IMG/VR virus record: IMGVR_UViG_3300025684_000014
Span: 32,001-96,000 of that record
Length of the DNA stretch: 64,000 nt
Direction: 5' to 3' (one strand)
From: a virus
The first letter of the stretch is position 1. Every line of letters begins with the position of its first letter. Made by a program: the position numbers and the translations under genes. Below the pieces are notes generated by a model, which made no database searches, was not told the DNA's origin, and worked only from the letters and a program-made list of their open reading frames with translations. This document shows positions 27,205-38,717 of this stretch, in pieces.

Positions 27205-27521
27205 AACAACTCCTTTTTTATTTATTATACTCTTTTCACATTAGGAAAAACAATGAACTTAGATTGGTTAATTTTAATTTTATTTATTATGACTGGCATA
27301 GTTTTTGGTATTTTTATAGAACATCACCATGAAAAAACTTATTACAATTGCACAGTTGTAGAAACAAATAAAAAATTACCTCTTCTTAGTAGGTACGATT
27401 TAATTCAATTAGAAAAACTTTATGCTCAAGAATTTAACCAATCTCTTGTTTGCGAAGATACTAAACTAACTGCACACCAAAAAAGAATTTATAACTCAAC
27501 CTTAACAATCGAGGCTAAATA

Positions 27522-28070
27522 ATGAACATTTTTACAAAAACACTTATTTCTTTTTCCTTTATGACATCTTTTGCTTTTGCAAACCCAACCGACACTTGTC
27601 AAAACAGTCCTCATCTTCAAGTAAGCCCCTTACATAAGAAGATTTCTTATGGAATGTCAAAGTCTCAAGTAAAGTCAAAGCTTGGTGTTTCTTTTGGCCC
27701 TATTTCTAATTTTGAAAGTGGCTTGGTTATTAGAAGTCCAAAAGCTCCTTACGATATGATTATTATGGCTTTTAGAGATGATCATCTTGTTGGCGTATTT
27801 TACAGCTATTCAAACGCTTTTCAAGATAGCGTAGGCGGACCTTTCAAAGCTGTTGTTCTTGTCCGCGATAAGTTCAAGGAAAAGTTTGGTCTTCCTGACG
27901 ATGCTACTAAGACAGACAAAGGTGTAAAGCTTACTTGGAAGCTAAACAAGGGCGCTGCTCTTGAGCTTACAGGTGAAGATCCTTATAAGGTTACTTACAC
28001 AGTTAAGTGCGAGCAACTTATTGATTCTCTTGACGCAAAAGCTCGAAGGGGAGCAAATCTTGGATTCTGA
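27522..28070 (+). CDS. Secreted hypothetical protein
   Basis: Signal peptide ending AFA; GMSKSQVKSKLG. Confidence 0.65.
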   Translation: MNIFTKTLISFSFMTSFAFANPTDTCQNSPHLQVSPLHKKISYGMSKSQVKSKLGVSFGPISNFESGLVIRSPKAPYDMIIMAFRDDHLVGVFYSYSNAFQDSVGGPFKAVVLVRDKFKEKFGLPDDATKTDKGVKLTWKLNKGAALELTGEDPYKVTYTVKCEQLIDSLDAKARRGANLGF

Positions 28071-28575
28071 TCCTCGCTTTTCTGTTTCTTTACTTAAAAA
28101 TATTTTTGTTACTGCTTTACAAGATGGTAGTAATTATTGGCTTATTATAAATAATTGGTGCTTAGAAGAACATATTGCTAATATTACTGATATAGAAGCA
28201 AATCCATTTACACAATATGAAGTAGATTTAAATGTTATTAAAAAAGGGTTTGAAATACTTTATGCACAAAAATCTGAATGGAGCAGTAAAAAGCTTTCTA
28301 ATATTTTAAATAAAAATTATGATGCAGAAGATGCAGATGTAATTTTACAGTACGGTTTATTCGGGGAGCTTCTTTATGGATAGTAAACATCCTCTTGTTG
28401 GTAAATCTGTAAAACTTTTTCCTAACGACACTTTTGCAAAGTATGGAGTAATAAATAAAATCGATGATCTTGGTTATTATATAGAGATTTATAGGTGCGA
28501 CAATAAGCAAGAATATAAGGTTGGTGATATAGCTTTTTTTAATCACGCTAACCAGTTGCATTTTATTATTTTAAA

Positions 28576-28905
28576 TTGAATACTAATTATATAATACCTT
28601 GCCTTGCTCTTTCTTTTGCTAATATTATTTTCTGGTATAAAGGTAATTCAAAAGCTATTTATGGTTTAGATTGGTCTCCATTCAAGTGGTGGCTTTATAC
28701 TAGTTTAATAACAAACTATATTACACTTCATGCTTGGTGGAAATTAATTGAATTAAGCAATGTTTGGAAAGCTGGTGTTACATGGGGGCTTTGCAGTCTT
28801 TTTGTTGACTTAATTTTAAATACCATTTATTTTGGTTTTAATTTAAACGGCATTATTGCTTTAGCATTCTGTGCTTGCTCTGCTTTTTTTGCACATAAAA
28901 CTTGA
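28576..28905 (+). CDS. Small multi-TM membrane protein
   Basis: Four hydrophobic segments. Confidence 0.6.
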   Translation: MNTNYIIPCLALSFANIIFWYKGNSKAIYGLDWSPFKWWLYTSLITNYITLHAWWKLIELSNVWKAGVTWGLCSLFVDLILNTIYFGFNLNGIIALAFCACSAFFAHKT

Positions 28906-28974
28906 CAAACATTTTTTAATGATTATAAATCATATCATAAGCAACAGCAGTTGCTTTCTTAGCTCTTTAACCTT

Positions 28975-29047
28975 GCTGGTGTAGCTCAGTTGGTAGAGCC
29001 CCTGTCTTGTAAACAGGTTGTCGGGAGTTCAAGTCTCTCCTCCAGCA
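28975..29047 (+). tRNA. tRNA-Thr(TGT)
   Basis: Cloverleaf; CCTGT-CTTGTAA-ACAGG; TTGACA at 28902 upstream. Confidence 0.93.
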
Positions 29048-29050
29048 CAT

Positions 29051-29123
29051 GCAAGAATAACTCAATTGGTAGAGTATCTGCCTTCCAAGCAGAATGTTGC
29101 GGGTTCGAGTCCCGTTTCTTGCT
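29051..29123 (+). tRNA. tRNA-Gly(TCC)
   Basis: Cloverleaf; TCTGC-CTTCCAA-GCAGA. Confidence 0.95.
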
Positions 29124-29327
29124 CTAATAGCTTAAACAACATTCATACTACTTTTAACCTTTTAGAAAGATTAATCAGTGGTTATGTGTGTCGTGGGTTC
29201 AAACGTTTAAGCTATTAATTGATGCAGCTTAGCGCCTCTTTTTTCCTACTTTCTTTTAACACTAATAATATAGATTAAGAGTTTGCAGGGTTGAGTGTGT
29301 AAAAGTGAACTGTTAAGTTGCATCTAT

Positions 29328-29400
29328 GCTCTCTTAGCTCAATGGTTAGAGCAATCGGCTGTTAACCGATAGGTTCTAGGTTCAAGTCCTAGAGAGAGCG
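29328..29400 (+). tRNA. tRNA-Asn(GTT)
   Basis: Cloverleaf; ATCGG-CTGTTAA-CCGAT. Confidence 0.95.
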
Positions 29401-30674
29401 TTCTTTTATTTTAATTGTAGAAAGGTCAAACATGTCTGATTACCCTTATCATTTTTCTGATTACGTAGATATTAAAGCAACTAATGGTTACACAATAAGA
29501 TTAAAAAGCAGATCAATGTCTAAAGACGCTTTAACATTGGTTGCTAAAAAATCTGGAGTTAATATGGTTATGTGGGAATGGATGTGGCGCACAGGTAATA
29601 TTTCCTCTATTACTAGACTTCTTAATACTGAAGTTAATGAAAATGGTTATTCAAGATAACTGAGGCTTTATTATGAATTTAGATTTTTATCCTTCTTCTA
29701 CTCTCGAGTGGAATCAGGTTACTAAAGATATTGCTAATAAATTAAAAACAATTATTCCTGATTTAAAAATTAACTTTACTTTTTTTGAGTATGAAGAAAC
29801 TTCTATAACTTTATCATTAGAATCTTTTGATAATCTTTGTAAACTTTCTAAAGATCTTTTTTATAATTCTGAAGATAAGTTAGTAATAAAAAATTTATTT
29901 TTGACTAATTATCAAAAGCATTTTTTAGTTTACTGTGATGTAGAATTTCATGATTATAATAATGGTATTCCGCAAAACGTAAAAATATTTTTCGATATAG
30001 AGGAAAGTATTGATTAATTATATAATTATTATATTAGTAACTATTTTTATTTTCTTTTCAAATTACAATAATAAAATTACTTCTAAATATAATTGTACCT
30101 CTAATATAAACAATAAAACTTTACAAGTTTCTTTTTCTCAATACCAAAAACTTATTAATTCTCATTTAAAAAATAAAATAAAATGTAGGCTTATTTTTAA
30201 TGAAAATACTTCTTCAAACAAAAGACAAACTTCTTTTTCCCAACTCAATTAATCAAATAACATTAGAAACTTTTGATAATCAAATTGTTGTTTACGGATC
30301 TGATATAAAAAGTTCTCTTTATATTAAAAAATATTCTTCTTCTTCTGAATTGATACATGATTTAAAAAAAATACAAACTAACAAAAATTTAACTAAAAAT
30401 TATTTTTGTTCTATCTTGAAATTTTATTCTTCTCTAAGTAAATAACGCTAATCTTCAAGGAGTACATATGAAGAATACAATACTTTTTACACTAATTTTA
30501 TTTTTAATACTTACTTCTTCTTGTCTAGAAAGCACTAAGATCGAAGAATTACCTGATCTTAATTTTAGAGACCAAGAATTAGATGATCAAATAAATTATA
30601 TTTTAGATGATCAAGGTAATCTTTTAGAATTTCACGACTTTGAATTTTCAGAAATCCCTGACCAAGGTTAAAAA

Positions 30675-30965
30675 ATGAAATGTTCTGTAACATATTTTGT
30701 AGATGAAAAAACAAACAAATTGATGTGGCAATGCCCTAACAGAATGGGTATTCCCACTAAACATGATGCTAAAACAACTACCCGTTGTTGGAGACATAAT
30801 TGTAAAGGAATTAAACCTCCGAATCCAATCATGTTTTGTAACGCTCAAAATTGTAATAAAATAAAAAAGAATCATCCTGATTCTTTGTATTGTAGTGACC
30901 GCTGCAGTAAACGCGAAAGAGATCGTAGGTATCGGTTAAAGAAGAAAACAAATGTCTCATTTTGA
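30675..30965 (+). CDS. Cys-rich zinc-finger protein
   Basis: CNAQNC...YCSDRC followed by a basic helix. Confidence 0.65.
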   Translation: MKCSVTYFVDEKTNKLMWQCPNRMGIPTKHDAKTTTRCWRHNCKGIKPPNPIMFCNAQNCNKIKKNHPDSLYCSDRCSKRERDRRYRLKKKTNVSF

Positions 30966-31566
30966 ATATGTTAAAGATTTTCTTTACAAGAAAGAAGCCG
31001 ATTATTTACAGTGTTTTCTTGAGGAAGAGATACCTTGGCGCCAAGTAAAATATTTTAAACCTGAAAGAGGTTATGTAATTACACCTCGTTTAACTTGGTG
31101 CGCAGGGTTTCACAACAATCTTTATTATAACATAAACAATATAACTCCTAATCCAATTCCAAAAACAATATTACCTCTTAAAGAAATAATTGAAGATTAT
31201 ACTGGTACTACTTATAACTTCGTTCTTTTTGCTAAATATAGAAATGGTCAAGATTCGATAACTTATCATTCTGACGATGAATTATTTTTAGGAAAAAACC
31301 CAACTATACCTTTATTAACTATTGGCTCTGCAAGACCTTTTAATTTGAAAAATAAGATTGATAGATCTGTACAAAGTTTTGATTTAAATCATGGTGATTT
31401 ATTAATCATGAAAAATGATTGTCAAAGAAACTTTCAACATGCAGTACCTAAAGTTGACAACTTTAACGAAGTTAGGTATTCAATTACTTTTAGAAAAGCT
31501 ATAAATGAATACGGTACTAAAAACTATTATACTTATAATGTAGGTAATCAACTTGATTTTAAATAA
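30952..31566 (+). CDS. AlkB-family 2OG-Fe(II) dioxygenase
   Basis: PRLTW, YRNGQDSITYHSDDE, HAVPK, RYSITFR. Confidence 0.92.
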   Translation: MSHFEYVKDFLYKKEADYLQCFLEEEIPWRQVKYFKPERGYVITPRLTWCAGFHNNLYYNINNITPNPIPKTILPLKEIIEDYTGTTYNFVLFAKYRNGQDSITYHSDDELFLGKNPTIPLLTIGSARPFNLKNKIDRSVQSFDLNHGDLLIMKNDCQRNFQHAVPKVDNFNEVRYSITFRKAINEYGTKNYYTYNVGNQLDFK

Positions 31567-31879
31567 CTTTTTTTGTATTACCCCCTTTTTATAAAAAGGG
31601 GAAAACATTATGTCTCAAGAATTTTTAGCTTTTTCTTATATACTTTTTTCATATTCAATTATAATCATTCAAGGAATTAATAAATTAAAATGAGCTGTTT
31701 TTATACAAGCGAAGAAAAAAAGCGTAATGTCATTGATTTTTTAAGTCAATTTAACAGTCTTATGAGAGACTGTAATGTAGATATAAACTTTTTAGATGGT
31801 ACTTTATATATTGAAGGTCAGTATGCTGGCAATTTAGAAGACACTTGTAATTCAGTGCGTCTAGAAGACGCTGAAGGTA

Positions 31880-32383
31880 TTGAACTTTATGAAACTGATT
31901 TTATTGATTAAAGTCATTCCTGCTTTTCTTTGTTTAACTTTTGCAAAACTTAAAGAAAAAAACGAAATAGATATAACAGCTCAAGGTGTTTTTAATAGTT
32001 GTAATTATTCTCAAGATTTAATCTATACCGCAGAAGAAAACAACTTATCTCCTTTTTTGTTAGCTGCTTTGATTTTTCAAGAATCAAGATGGCAGACAAA
32101 TTTACAAAGTAATGTCGGAGCTTGTGGTCTTACACAAGTTATTGGCAAGTATTTTGGAATTTCTTGTGATTTTCTTAAGAAAAATCCTGCTTTATCTATA
32201 GAAACAGGAGCTCACATAATAAACTTATATCTAGAACATACAAAAAATGATTTAGATAAAGCTTTAGCTTGTTATAGTACTGGCTATAAATGTTCTTACA
32301 TGTCTTACTCTAAAAGAGTAAAACAAAGATCTAAACAATTACAAACAACTTACAACAGTATTTTAATGGAGATACATAAATGA
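31880..32383 (+). CDS. Lytic transglycosylase (SLT)
   Basis: ALIFQESRW, GACGLTQV, ALACYSTG. Confidence 0.85.
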   Translation: MNFMKLILLIKVIPAFLCLTFAKLKEKNEIDITAQGVFNSCNYSQDLIYTAEENNLSPFLLAALIFQESRWQTNLQSNVGACGLTQVIGKYFGISCDFLKKNPALSIETGAHIINLYLEHTKNDLDKALACYSTGYKCSYMSYSKRVKQRSKQLQTTYNSILMEIHK

Positions 32384-33078
32384 GTAAAATTTATGGTTCG
32401 CTTATTGTCCCTGCAAAGGATTGGCGATATATTTACAATAGTGTAATTAACTATTTTAACGAAGAGATTTCAGTAGCCTATACCCAGGCTACTGAATTTT
32501 ATAAAGAAGCAAATACAACCAAGTATGATGCTTATATGGAGTACCTTACTAACAAGTTTTCTTCTATCGAAATTACAGATTTTAGAAAAGAGCTTATTAA
32601 AAGTTCTACTACTAAAAATTCCTCTTCTGTAAGAAAGCCTAAAAAGAATTTTTTTCAAAAGTTCACAAATAGAACTACAAGAATTGACACTATAGATCTT
32701 TCTATTTCTTTTGATAAAGAGAATCATCAAATTTATATTGAAACTTCTCAATTTGAAGATTTTGACAATTACATGGCTACAAATTCTTTTATTACCGAAT
32801 TTGTAAATATGATCAATTGCATCAACTGGCCTTCAAGACAAGGACCTTCTAAGACAATTAGAGGTGCTACACTAATTAAAGAGACTGTTCTAAAGAATAA
32901 AACTCTTTTCTATTCTGCTGGACCTAATCCTCCTGCTTATGAAGTTCATAATGTAGAAGTAGTAGATAAGCCTGCTTATCTTGATTCTTCAATTATTAAA
33001 ACAATTAAGCTTACTTCTACTTCTGAAGAGGAAACAGCACAACCTGTTCCCGAGCAAGAAGATTTAACTGATATTTAA
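32380..33078 (+). CDS. Hypothetical protein
   Basis: 232-aa ORF, ATGA overlap. Confidence 0.7.
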   Translation: MSKIYGSLIVPAKDWRYIYNSVINYFNEEISVAYTQATEFYKEANTTKYDAYMEYLTNKFSSIEITDFRKELIKSSTTKNSSSVRKPKKNFFQKFTNRTTRIDTIDLSISFDKENHQIYIETSQFEDFDNYMATNSFITEFVNMINCINWPSRQGPSKTIRGATLIKETVLKNKTLFYSAGPNPPAYEVHNVEVVDKPAYLDSSIIKTIKLTSTSEEETAQPVPEQEDLTDI

Positions 33079-33453
33079 TTTGGAATTATATAATGAGTAC
33101 TGAAAATAATTTTACTTGTATTGATCCTGAGTTTTTGAAATATACAAATTCTACTAATTTGAATCTTTTGGTCAAAGTCTTCAATGAATCTAATCATAAT
33201 CTTTTTGATTATGAATCAAAAAAGATTAATTCTTGGGATTCTATTTATACTTTTGATCCTGCATCTTTTTTTAATTCTATTGGTCCTTTTCTTACTCTTG
33301 TTGTTGAAAATCAAATTGATTTAACAAATCCTGATTTTTCTAACGTTCCTCATAATGAAACAAAAAAAGTTATTAATTTTTATAACGAAATTTCTAAGTT
33401 GCTTTATTTTTTTCAGAACTCTTATAGAACACAAGAACAAAAATTAAACAAAA

Positions 33454-34251
33454 ATGAATCTTAAAAAAGAATTATATACTAATTTTAGTCAAAATCCTGG
33501 TTATGTAGAACTTATTCAATTTATGGGTCAGGATGTTATAACTCCTGTTAATGCAGCAAGAGCTTCTTTTGGTGTGCAAATAGAAGAGTTGCAAGAAAAA
33601 GACAAAAAGCTTTTTTCTTATTGTGTTAGGGAAGGTCACACTTCTATTCTCGAGCACAATACTCTTACTTTTGCCATCAAAGTTCCTCTTTTTGTTGCTA
33701 GGCAACATATGAGACACAGAACCTGGTCTTATAATGAAATAAGTCGCAGATACACTAGTAAGGATTTAGATTTTTATCTTCCTACTAAATTTAGAGTCCA
33801 GGCTGAATCTAATCGCCAAGCTTCTGTTGTAGGGTCTGAACAAGATCCAACTTTATCAGAAGTTCAAGGCACTAACATGATTTGGCCTAAAAAAGCCTCT
33901 ACCTCTTTGGCTTTGCATACAGAATATTCAATTAAACTTTTTAATAGTATGATTGAAGGAGGCGTTTGCAGAGAACAAGCAAGGATGGTTTTACCTCAAA
34001 ATCTTTATACTTATTATTGGGCTACAGTAAATTTAAATAATTTCTTTAAATTTTGTGATCTTCGTATTCATGAAGGCGCTCAACCAGAAATTCAAGAAAT
34101 GGCTCAAGCCTGCAAAGATCTTGCTTCTCAAATTTGGCCTTTAACTTTTGAATTATACAACAAGTCAAAACAAGAGAAGCAAAGAACTAATGCTATTCAA
34201 TATTTACGTTCTTTAGATAACGTACCAACAGAACTTTTAAACTTACTTTAA
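33454..34251 (+). CDS. thyX: FAD-dependent thymidylate synthase
   Basis: GHTSILEH, RQHMRHRTWSYNEISRRY, REQARMVLP, AQPEI. Confidence 0.96.
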   Translation: MNLKKELYTNFSQNPGYVELIQFMGQDVITPVNAARASFGVQIEELQEKDKKLFSYCVREGHTSILEHNTLTFAIKVPLFVARQHMRHRTWSYNEISRRYTSKDLDFYLPTKFRVQAESNRQASVVGSEQDPTLSEVQGTNMIWPKKASTSLALHTEYSIKLFNSMIEGGVCREQARMVLPQNLYTYYWATVNLNNFFKFCDLRIHEGAQPEIQEMAQACKDLASQIWPLTFELYNKSKQEKQRTNAIQYLRSLDNVPTELLNLL

Positions 34252-34278
34252 TCACGTATATTATATAGGATATTTATT

Positions 34279-34659
34279 ATGGCTAAGAACATGAACCAAT
34301 GGATCGGTGAAGGAAACATTTCTTGTGACCCTGAGTTGCGTCACACTTTTGATAGTACTCGTCCAGTTACAAATTTTAATCTCTATGTTGACAATGTTTA
34401 CAGATCTAAGAAAGACAACGATTATGAAGATGAAGTAGCTTTTAAGAAGCGTACTTCAAAGATTCCTGTTGTTGCTTGGGCTGGTAAGGCTGAAATGATT
34501 TCTAAGAATTTCAGAAAGGGAGATAAGGTTAGACTTGTAGGTCATCTTCGTACAAGAAAGATTGAAAAGAATGGTGTTTTTTTTAATGCATTTGAAATCG
34601 TTGTAGAAGACATTTCTCTTATCAGAAGAGCTTCTAGCAAAACTCGTGAGCTTGACTAA
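34279..34659 (+). CDS. ssb: Single-stranded DNA-binding protein
   Basis: GNISCDPELR, VVAWAGKAE, KGDKVRLVGHLRTR; no acidic tail. Confidence 0.88.
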   Translation: MAKNMNQWIGEGNISCDPELRHTFDSTRPVTNFNLYVDNVYRSKKDNDYEDEVAFKKRTSKIPVVAWAGKAEMISKNFRKGDKVRLVGHLRTRKIEKNGVFFNAFEIVVEDISLIRRASSKTRELD

Positions 34660-35542
34660 ATTCTTTTGCTTCTCTAAGGATTTCTTCCATATCTAGAGAA
34701 GCACAATCAATTTTATTTGACGTTAAATTGTAATGATTAATAAAACCATTAAATCGCATCATTCTACAATCTTCGTCAACTCCTTTAGTTTTACAGACAT
34801 CTAAATTTATTCCAGTTGCATCGTGTATAGCAGCCCATAAAGCTGCTAACGCTTTTAATTGTACTGGATAAAAATCTAAATGCGGTCCTACTTTTTTACC
34901 ATTCACTTCTGAAGTTACAACTGGTCTTTCTCCAAAGCCTTTTTTAATGTACCACTCCTGGTATTTTGTATAAAAAGCATTAGAGATTTCCACTCCAACT
35001 CCATGAGTGTTCCACAATCGATTACCTGCTTGCCAAGCAGGATGTTGTATATCTAACATTTGATAGATAGTTCCATCATTATCTATCAAAAAATGCATAG
35101 AAAGCCCACGTTTATTTATTATTCTTGCACAAGCTTCAGATGAAAGAGTAGCGTCCCAATGATTTACAAATTGAACGATCCCTCTATTTGGTCTTCCAGA
35201 CCAATCATAGTAAGTACCGTCTTTAGCTTTTAACCCACCTCTTTCATCCCACAAAATTACTTTGTCCCAACAAATAGGAAACTTTTCTCCATTGTAAACA
35301 ATAGATTTTTCACCTTTTCTTTTGTTTCTTTTTGGAGGACTATAATCTTCCTCTTCTAAAACTTTTGTTTGGATTCTTCTAAAAGTTGTTTCTCCTACAA
35401 GACCATCAGTTTTTATTCCAAAAATTTCTTGATGTTCTTTAATCTTTTCAATAAGATTTTCATCAAAGCTTTCTGCTCCAAACCATTCTGGAGACCAGCC
35501 TAAAGTTTTTGAAGAATTAAGATTAAAATCAATTTTACTCAT
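34634..35542 (-). CDS. N-acetylmuramoyl-L-alanine amidase (endolysin) with peptidoglycan-binding domain
   Basis: DGLVGETT; VNHWD, SMHFLIDNDGTIYQ, GVEISN, HYNLTSNKIDC. Confidence 0.88.
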   Translation of the reverse strand: MSKIDFNLNSSKTLGWSPEWFGAESFDENLIEKIKEHQEIFGIKTDGLVGETTFRRIQTKVLEEEDYSPPKRNKRKGEKSIVYNGEKFPICWDKVILWDERGGLKAKDGTYYDWSGRPNRGIVQFVNHWDATLSSEACARIINKRGLSMHFLIDNDGTIYQMLDIQHPAWQAGNRLWNTHGVGVEISNAFYTKYQEWYIKKGFGERPVVTSEVNGKKVGPHLDFYPVQLKALAALWAAIHDATGINLDVCKTKGVDEDCRMMRFNGFINHYNLTSNKIDCASLDMEEILREAKEFSQAHEFC

Positions 35543-36322
35543 TAAAAAATTCCTTAAGGTTAAAAAATGTTAAAAAAATATATTCCTTTTTTTTCTAAAA
35601 TATATCAAACTTTTATTATCTTGGCCACAGCTTCAATTGGTTTGCTCGAAGTTTGGCTATGATTACTTGGAAGTTTTTTATGTTGCCTGAAATATTTGTT
35701 TCTTTTTTAGCTATTGTTGGCGCTTTTACTACTACTGCTTTTATTACTTGGTTTATTAAAAACTTTTTATCTAAGTATTATTACAAAGAGCCATACATGT
35801 CTCCTGATCAAAAAAAATATTTTATGCTTTTAGAAGAAAATAAAAAACTTAAAGAAAAAATTTCTTCTCTTGAAATTGAAGCACAGCAAATAACTGATTC
35901 GCTTCTAAAACACATACAAGGATAAATTATGTCTATTTTTCATTTTGATATTGATGCTACTCTTTCTGTTCAAGCTGATTCTCTTGATCAAGCAGAAACA
36001 ATTTTCAATGATTACATTACTTTTATTTCTTCAGGAATCCCTCATTCTGATTTCGATCTTTATGATTATGATGTAAGAGTAGAGCACGAAGATGTTTCTC
36101 CTACTGACAATGGCTCTTATACATCTTTTTCTAGTGTAGTATTGAATAATGCTGTTCAAGATGTAACTCAACAGATTCAACAAGTTGAATCTTACACTCC
36201 TATGACTGCAACTTCTCAGCAAACTCTTCCTGCTATTCCAGGTTATTCTCGTTTGCGCACTACCAGAAGTTGATTTTATCCCCTCTCAGATGTAACTTTT
36301 AAAATATCTGAGGGGGGTATAT

Positions 36323-37921
36323 ATGAATAGTCTTCCATATTTACAAATAGATGCAGAAAATTTAATTCCACATCCTTCTAATACTTACACTATTGTTTTA
36401 GATAAGTCTGAATTTTCTGAAAAGTTTCTATTGCAAACAGAGTCGTTTTCTTACAAAAATGATTCTTACAAGAATGCTTTTCTTATAGTTTCTAAATATA
36501 AAAATATTATATCTGAAACAGCAGCTTTTTGTAATTGGATAGACACTTCCTACTCTCAAGAAGAAATACTTTTAACCTTTACTTCTTTTTTCAAAGTAAA
36601 GGTTAAACAAATTCTTTCTGGCAATAAACTTGCCTTTACTTTCCTATCTTTATCTGCTCATAAAAAATATTATAATGATTTTTCTATTCTTTCTACTTAT
36701 TTAAATTCAAATCTTTTATTTAAAGATTTTTTTATTTCTAAAGATAGAGAGAACTACAAAGATCCCAATTACTTAAATAATATATATATACAACTATCTC
36801 CTCAGATAGACAAAGACTTTGAATTTTTCAATACTTCTAACCCTTCTAAACAATTAAATATTCTTTATTCTTTATTATTAGAGACACAATTACTTTTAGA
36901 ATTCCAAGAAGATCTATCGTTATCAAACGAATTATTTCCCAAAGAAGTTCTTATTAAATTAAAAAAAGAAAAAAAACGATTATCTAAAATGAATTCATCT
37001 AGTTCTGAATACTCAAATATTCAAGATTACATAGATCTTTTACTTGATATACCTTGGAATTCTTATTCTGAACAAACATTAAATCCAACTTTAATATCTA
37101 AAGAAATATCTAGTACTCACTATGGTTTAGAAAATGTTAAAGAAAATATTTTAGAGTACTTTTATCTTCACAAACTAACAGGCATAATGGATGGCGCCGT
37201 TCTTCTTTTCAACGGACCTCCAGGTACAGGAAAAACTACAATTGCCAAAGCTATTGCTAAAGCAACTAATAGAGAATTTATATCTATATCTTTAGCGGGT
37301 GTTGGCGATGAATCAGAAATTAGAGGCCACAGAAGAACTTACGTAGGTTCTAAACCTGGAAGAATAGTTTCTGCTATTGCTAATTCGAAAACTATGAATC
37401 CTATTATACTTATTGATGAATTAGACAAAATTAAACCTGACAAAGGAGATCCTTTTTCAGCTTTATTAGAACTTTTAGATCCTGAACAAAACTATGCTTT
37501 TATAGACAGGTATTTAGAAGTTCCAATCGATTTATCTAAAGTTACTTTTATATGCACTTCTAATTCTAAAAATAAAATTCCTGAACCTTTATTAAATAGA
37601 TGTGAAATAATTGAATTTCAGAATTATTCTTTCGAAGAAAAAAAACACATTCTAATTAACTATATAATTCCTAAAATCATCTCTAATTATAAACTTAAAT
37701 CTTATAATATTATTTTTGAAAGTACTTTATTAGATTACTTGTCTAAACAAAAAGATTTAAGAAACTTAAAAAAGATAATTTCTAGATTACTAAGAAACAA
37801 AACCAAAAAGTTATTATTAGATAACTCTGACACCTTAATAACTTTAGAGCAGTATAAAAAAATATTTAACGTAACTACGCAAAATTCTACACGGAGAATT
37901 GGTTTTGCTACAAATATCTAG
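36323..37921 (+). CDS. Lon-type AAA+ ATPase lacking the protease domain
   Basis: HYGLENVKE, GPPGTGKT, IRGHRRTYVGSKPG, IDELDK, LLELLDPEQN; stops after the AAA lid with RRIGF. Confidence 0.88.
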   Translation: MNSLPYLQIDAENLIPHPSNTYTIVLDKSEFSEKFLLQTESFSYKNDSYKNAFLIVSKYKNIISETAAFCNWIDTSYSQEEILLTFTSFFKVKVKQILSGNKLAFTFLSLSAHKKYYNDFSILSTYLNSNLLFKDFFISKDRENYKDPNYLNNIYIQLSPQIDKDFEFFNTSNPSKQLNILYSLLLETQLLLEFQEDLSLSNELFPKEVLIKLKKEKKRLSKMNSSSSEYSNIQDYIDLLLDIPWNSYSEQTLNPTLISKEISSTHYGLENVKENILEYFYLHKLTGIMDGAVLLFNGPPGTGKTTIAKAIAKATNREFISISLAGVGDESEIRGHRRTYVGSKPGRIVSAIANSKTMNPIILIDELDKIKPDKGDPFSALLELLDPEQNYAFIDRYLEVPIDLSKVTFICTSNSKNKIPEPLLNRCEIIEFQNYSFEEKKHILINYIIPKIISNYKLKSYNIIFESTLLDYLSKQKDLRNLKKIISRLLRNKTKKLLLDNSDTLITLEQYKKIFNVTTQNSTRRIGFATNI

Positions 37922-38717
37922 TCAAGATAACCTTATCATTCCTTACCACAATAAAATTATTTCAAAATGCGAAGCTTGTTTAAAAAACATACATCCTGAT
38001 TTTTTAAACTCAAATCCTATAGTCAGTGGTAGTTATGCTATTAATTTGGTTTATTCCCCCGAGTCTTTTCATAATGACATTGATATATACTTTGCTTCTC
38101 AAAACGATTTTGATTTAGCTAAATCTTATATTGAAACTCTTTATCCTAATTCCAAAAAATTTCAAACAGAAAATGCGATATCTTTTTCAATTGAAGAAAA
38201 TAAAGAAGTTCAACTTATCTGTAAGTTTTTTCTTCCCCCGGAAGAGCTTATTTACAAGCACGATTTTATTGTTAGTTCTGTCGCTATTTCTAATTCTAAA
38301 GTTTATACCACTTTAGAAACTTTTAAAGCTTGGTCTAAATCTGAACTTAGTTTTCGTGATTATCAATTTCCCGAATCTAACAAAGATTTAAATAAAGTTT
38401 TCATTCGTTTATTTAATATAATTAATAGAATTGATAAATATTCTAAAAGATATTCACTTGATATTACCCCTTCTACTTATCAAGATCTTAAATCTATTTA
38501 CAATTTGATATCATCTAATGATTATTTAAATGAAAGTAATTTTATCGATTCTCCAAACATTCAAACTCCCGTATTGGATTATTATGGAAGAACTGTAAAT
38601 TCAAAAATTACTTATAAAGAAATAATTTCTTCTTTGTACAAGTTTCTTAAAGAAGAAAATAGTGACTCAGATATACTCCCTCCGTCTTTTGAAAGAGACA
38701 ATTTCTTTACTTTATGA
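37899..38717 (+). CDS. Pol-beta superfamily nucleotidyltransferase
   Basis: IVSGSYA...DIDIYF; HDF. Confidence 0.7.
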   Translation: MVLLQISSQDNLIIPYHNKIISKCEACLKNIHPDFLNSNPIVSGSYAINLVYSPESFHNDIDIYFASQNDFDLAKSYIETLYPNSKKFQTENAISFSIEENKEVQLICKFFLPPEELIYKHDFIVSSVAISNSKVYTTLETFKAWSKSELSFRDYQFPESNKDLNKVFIRLFNIINRIDKYSKRYSLDITPSTYQDLKSIYNLISSNDYLNESNFIDSPNIQTPVLDYYGRTVNSKITYKEIISSLYKFLKEENSDSDILPPSFERDNFFTL

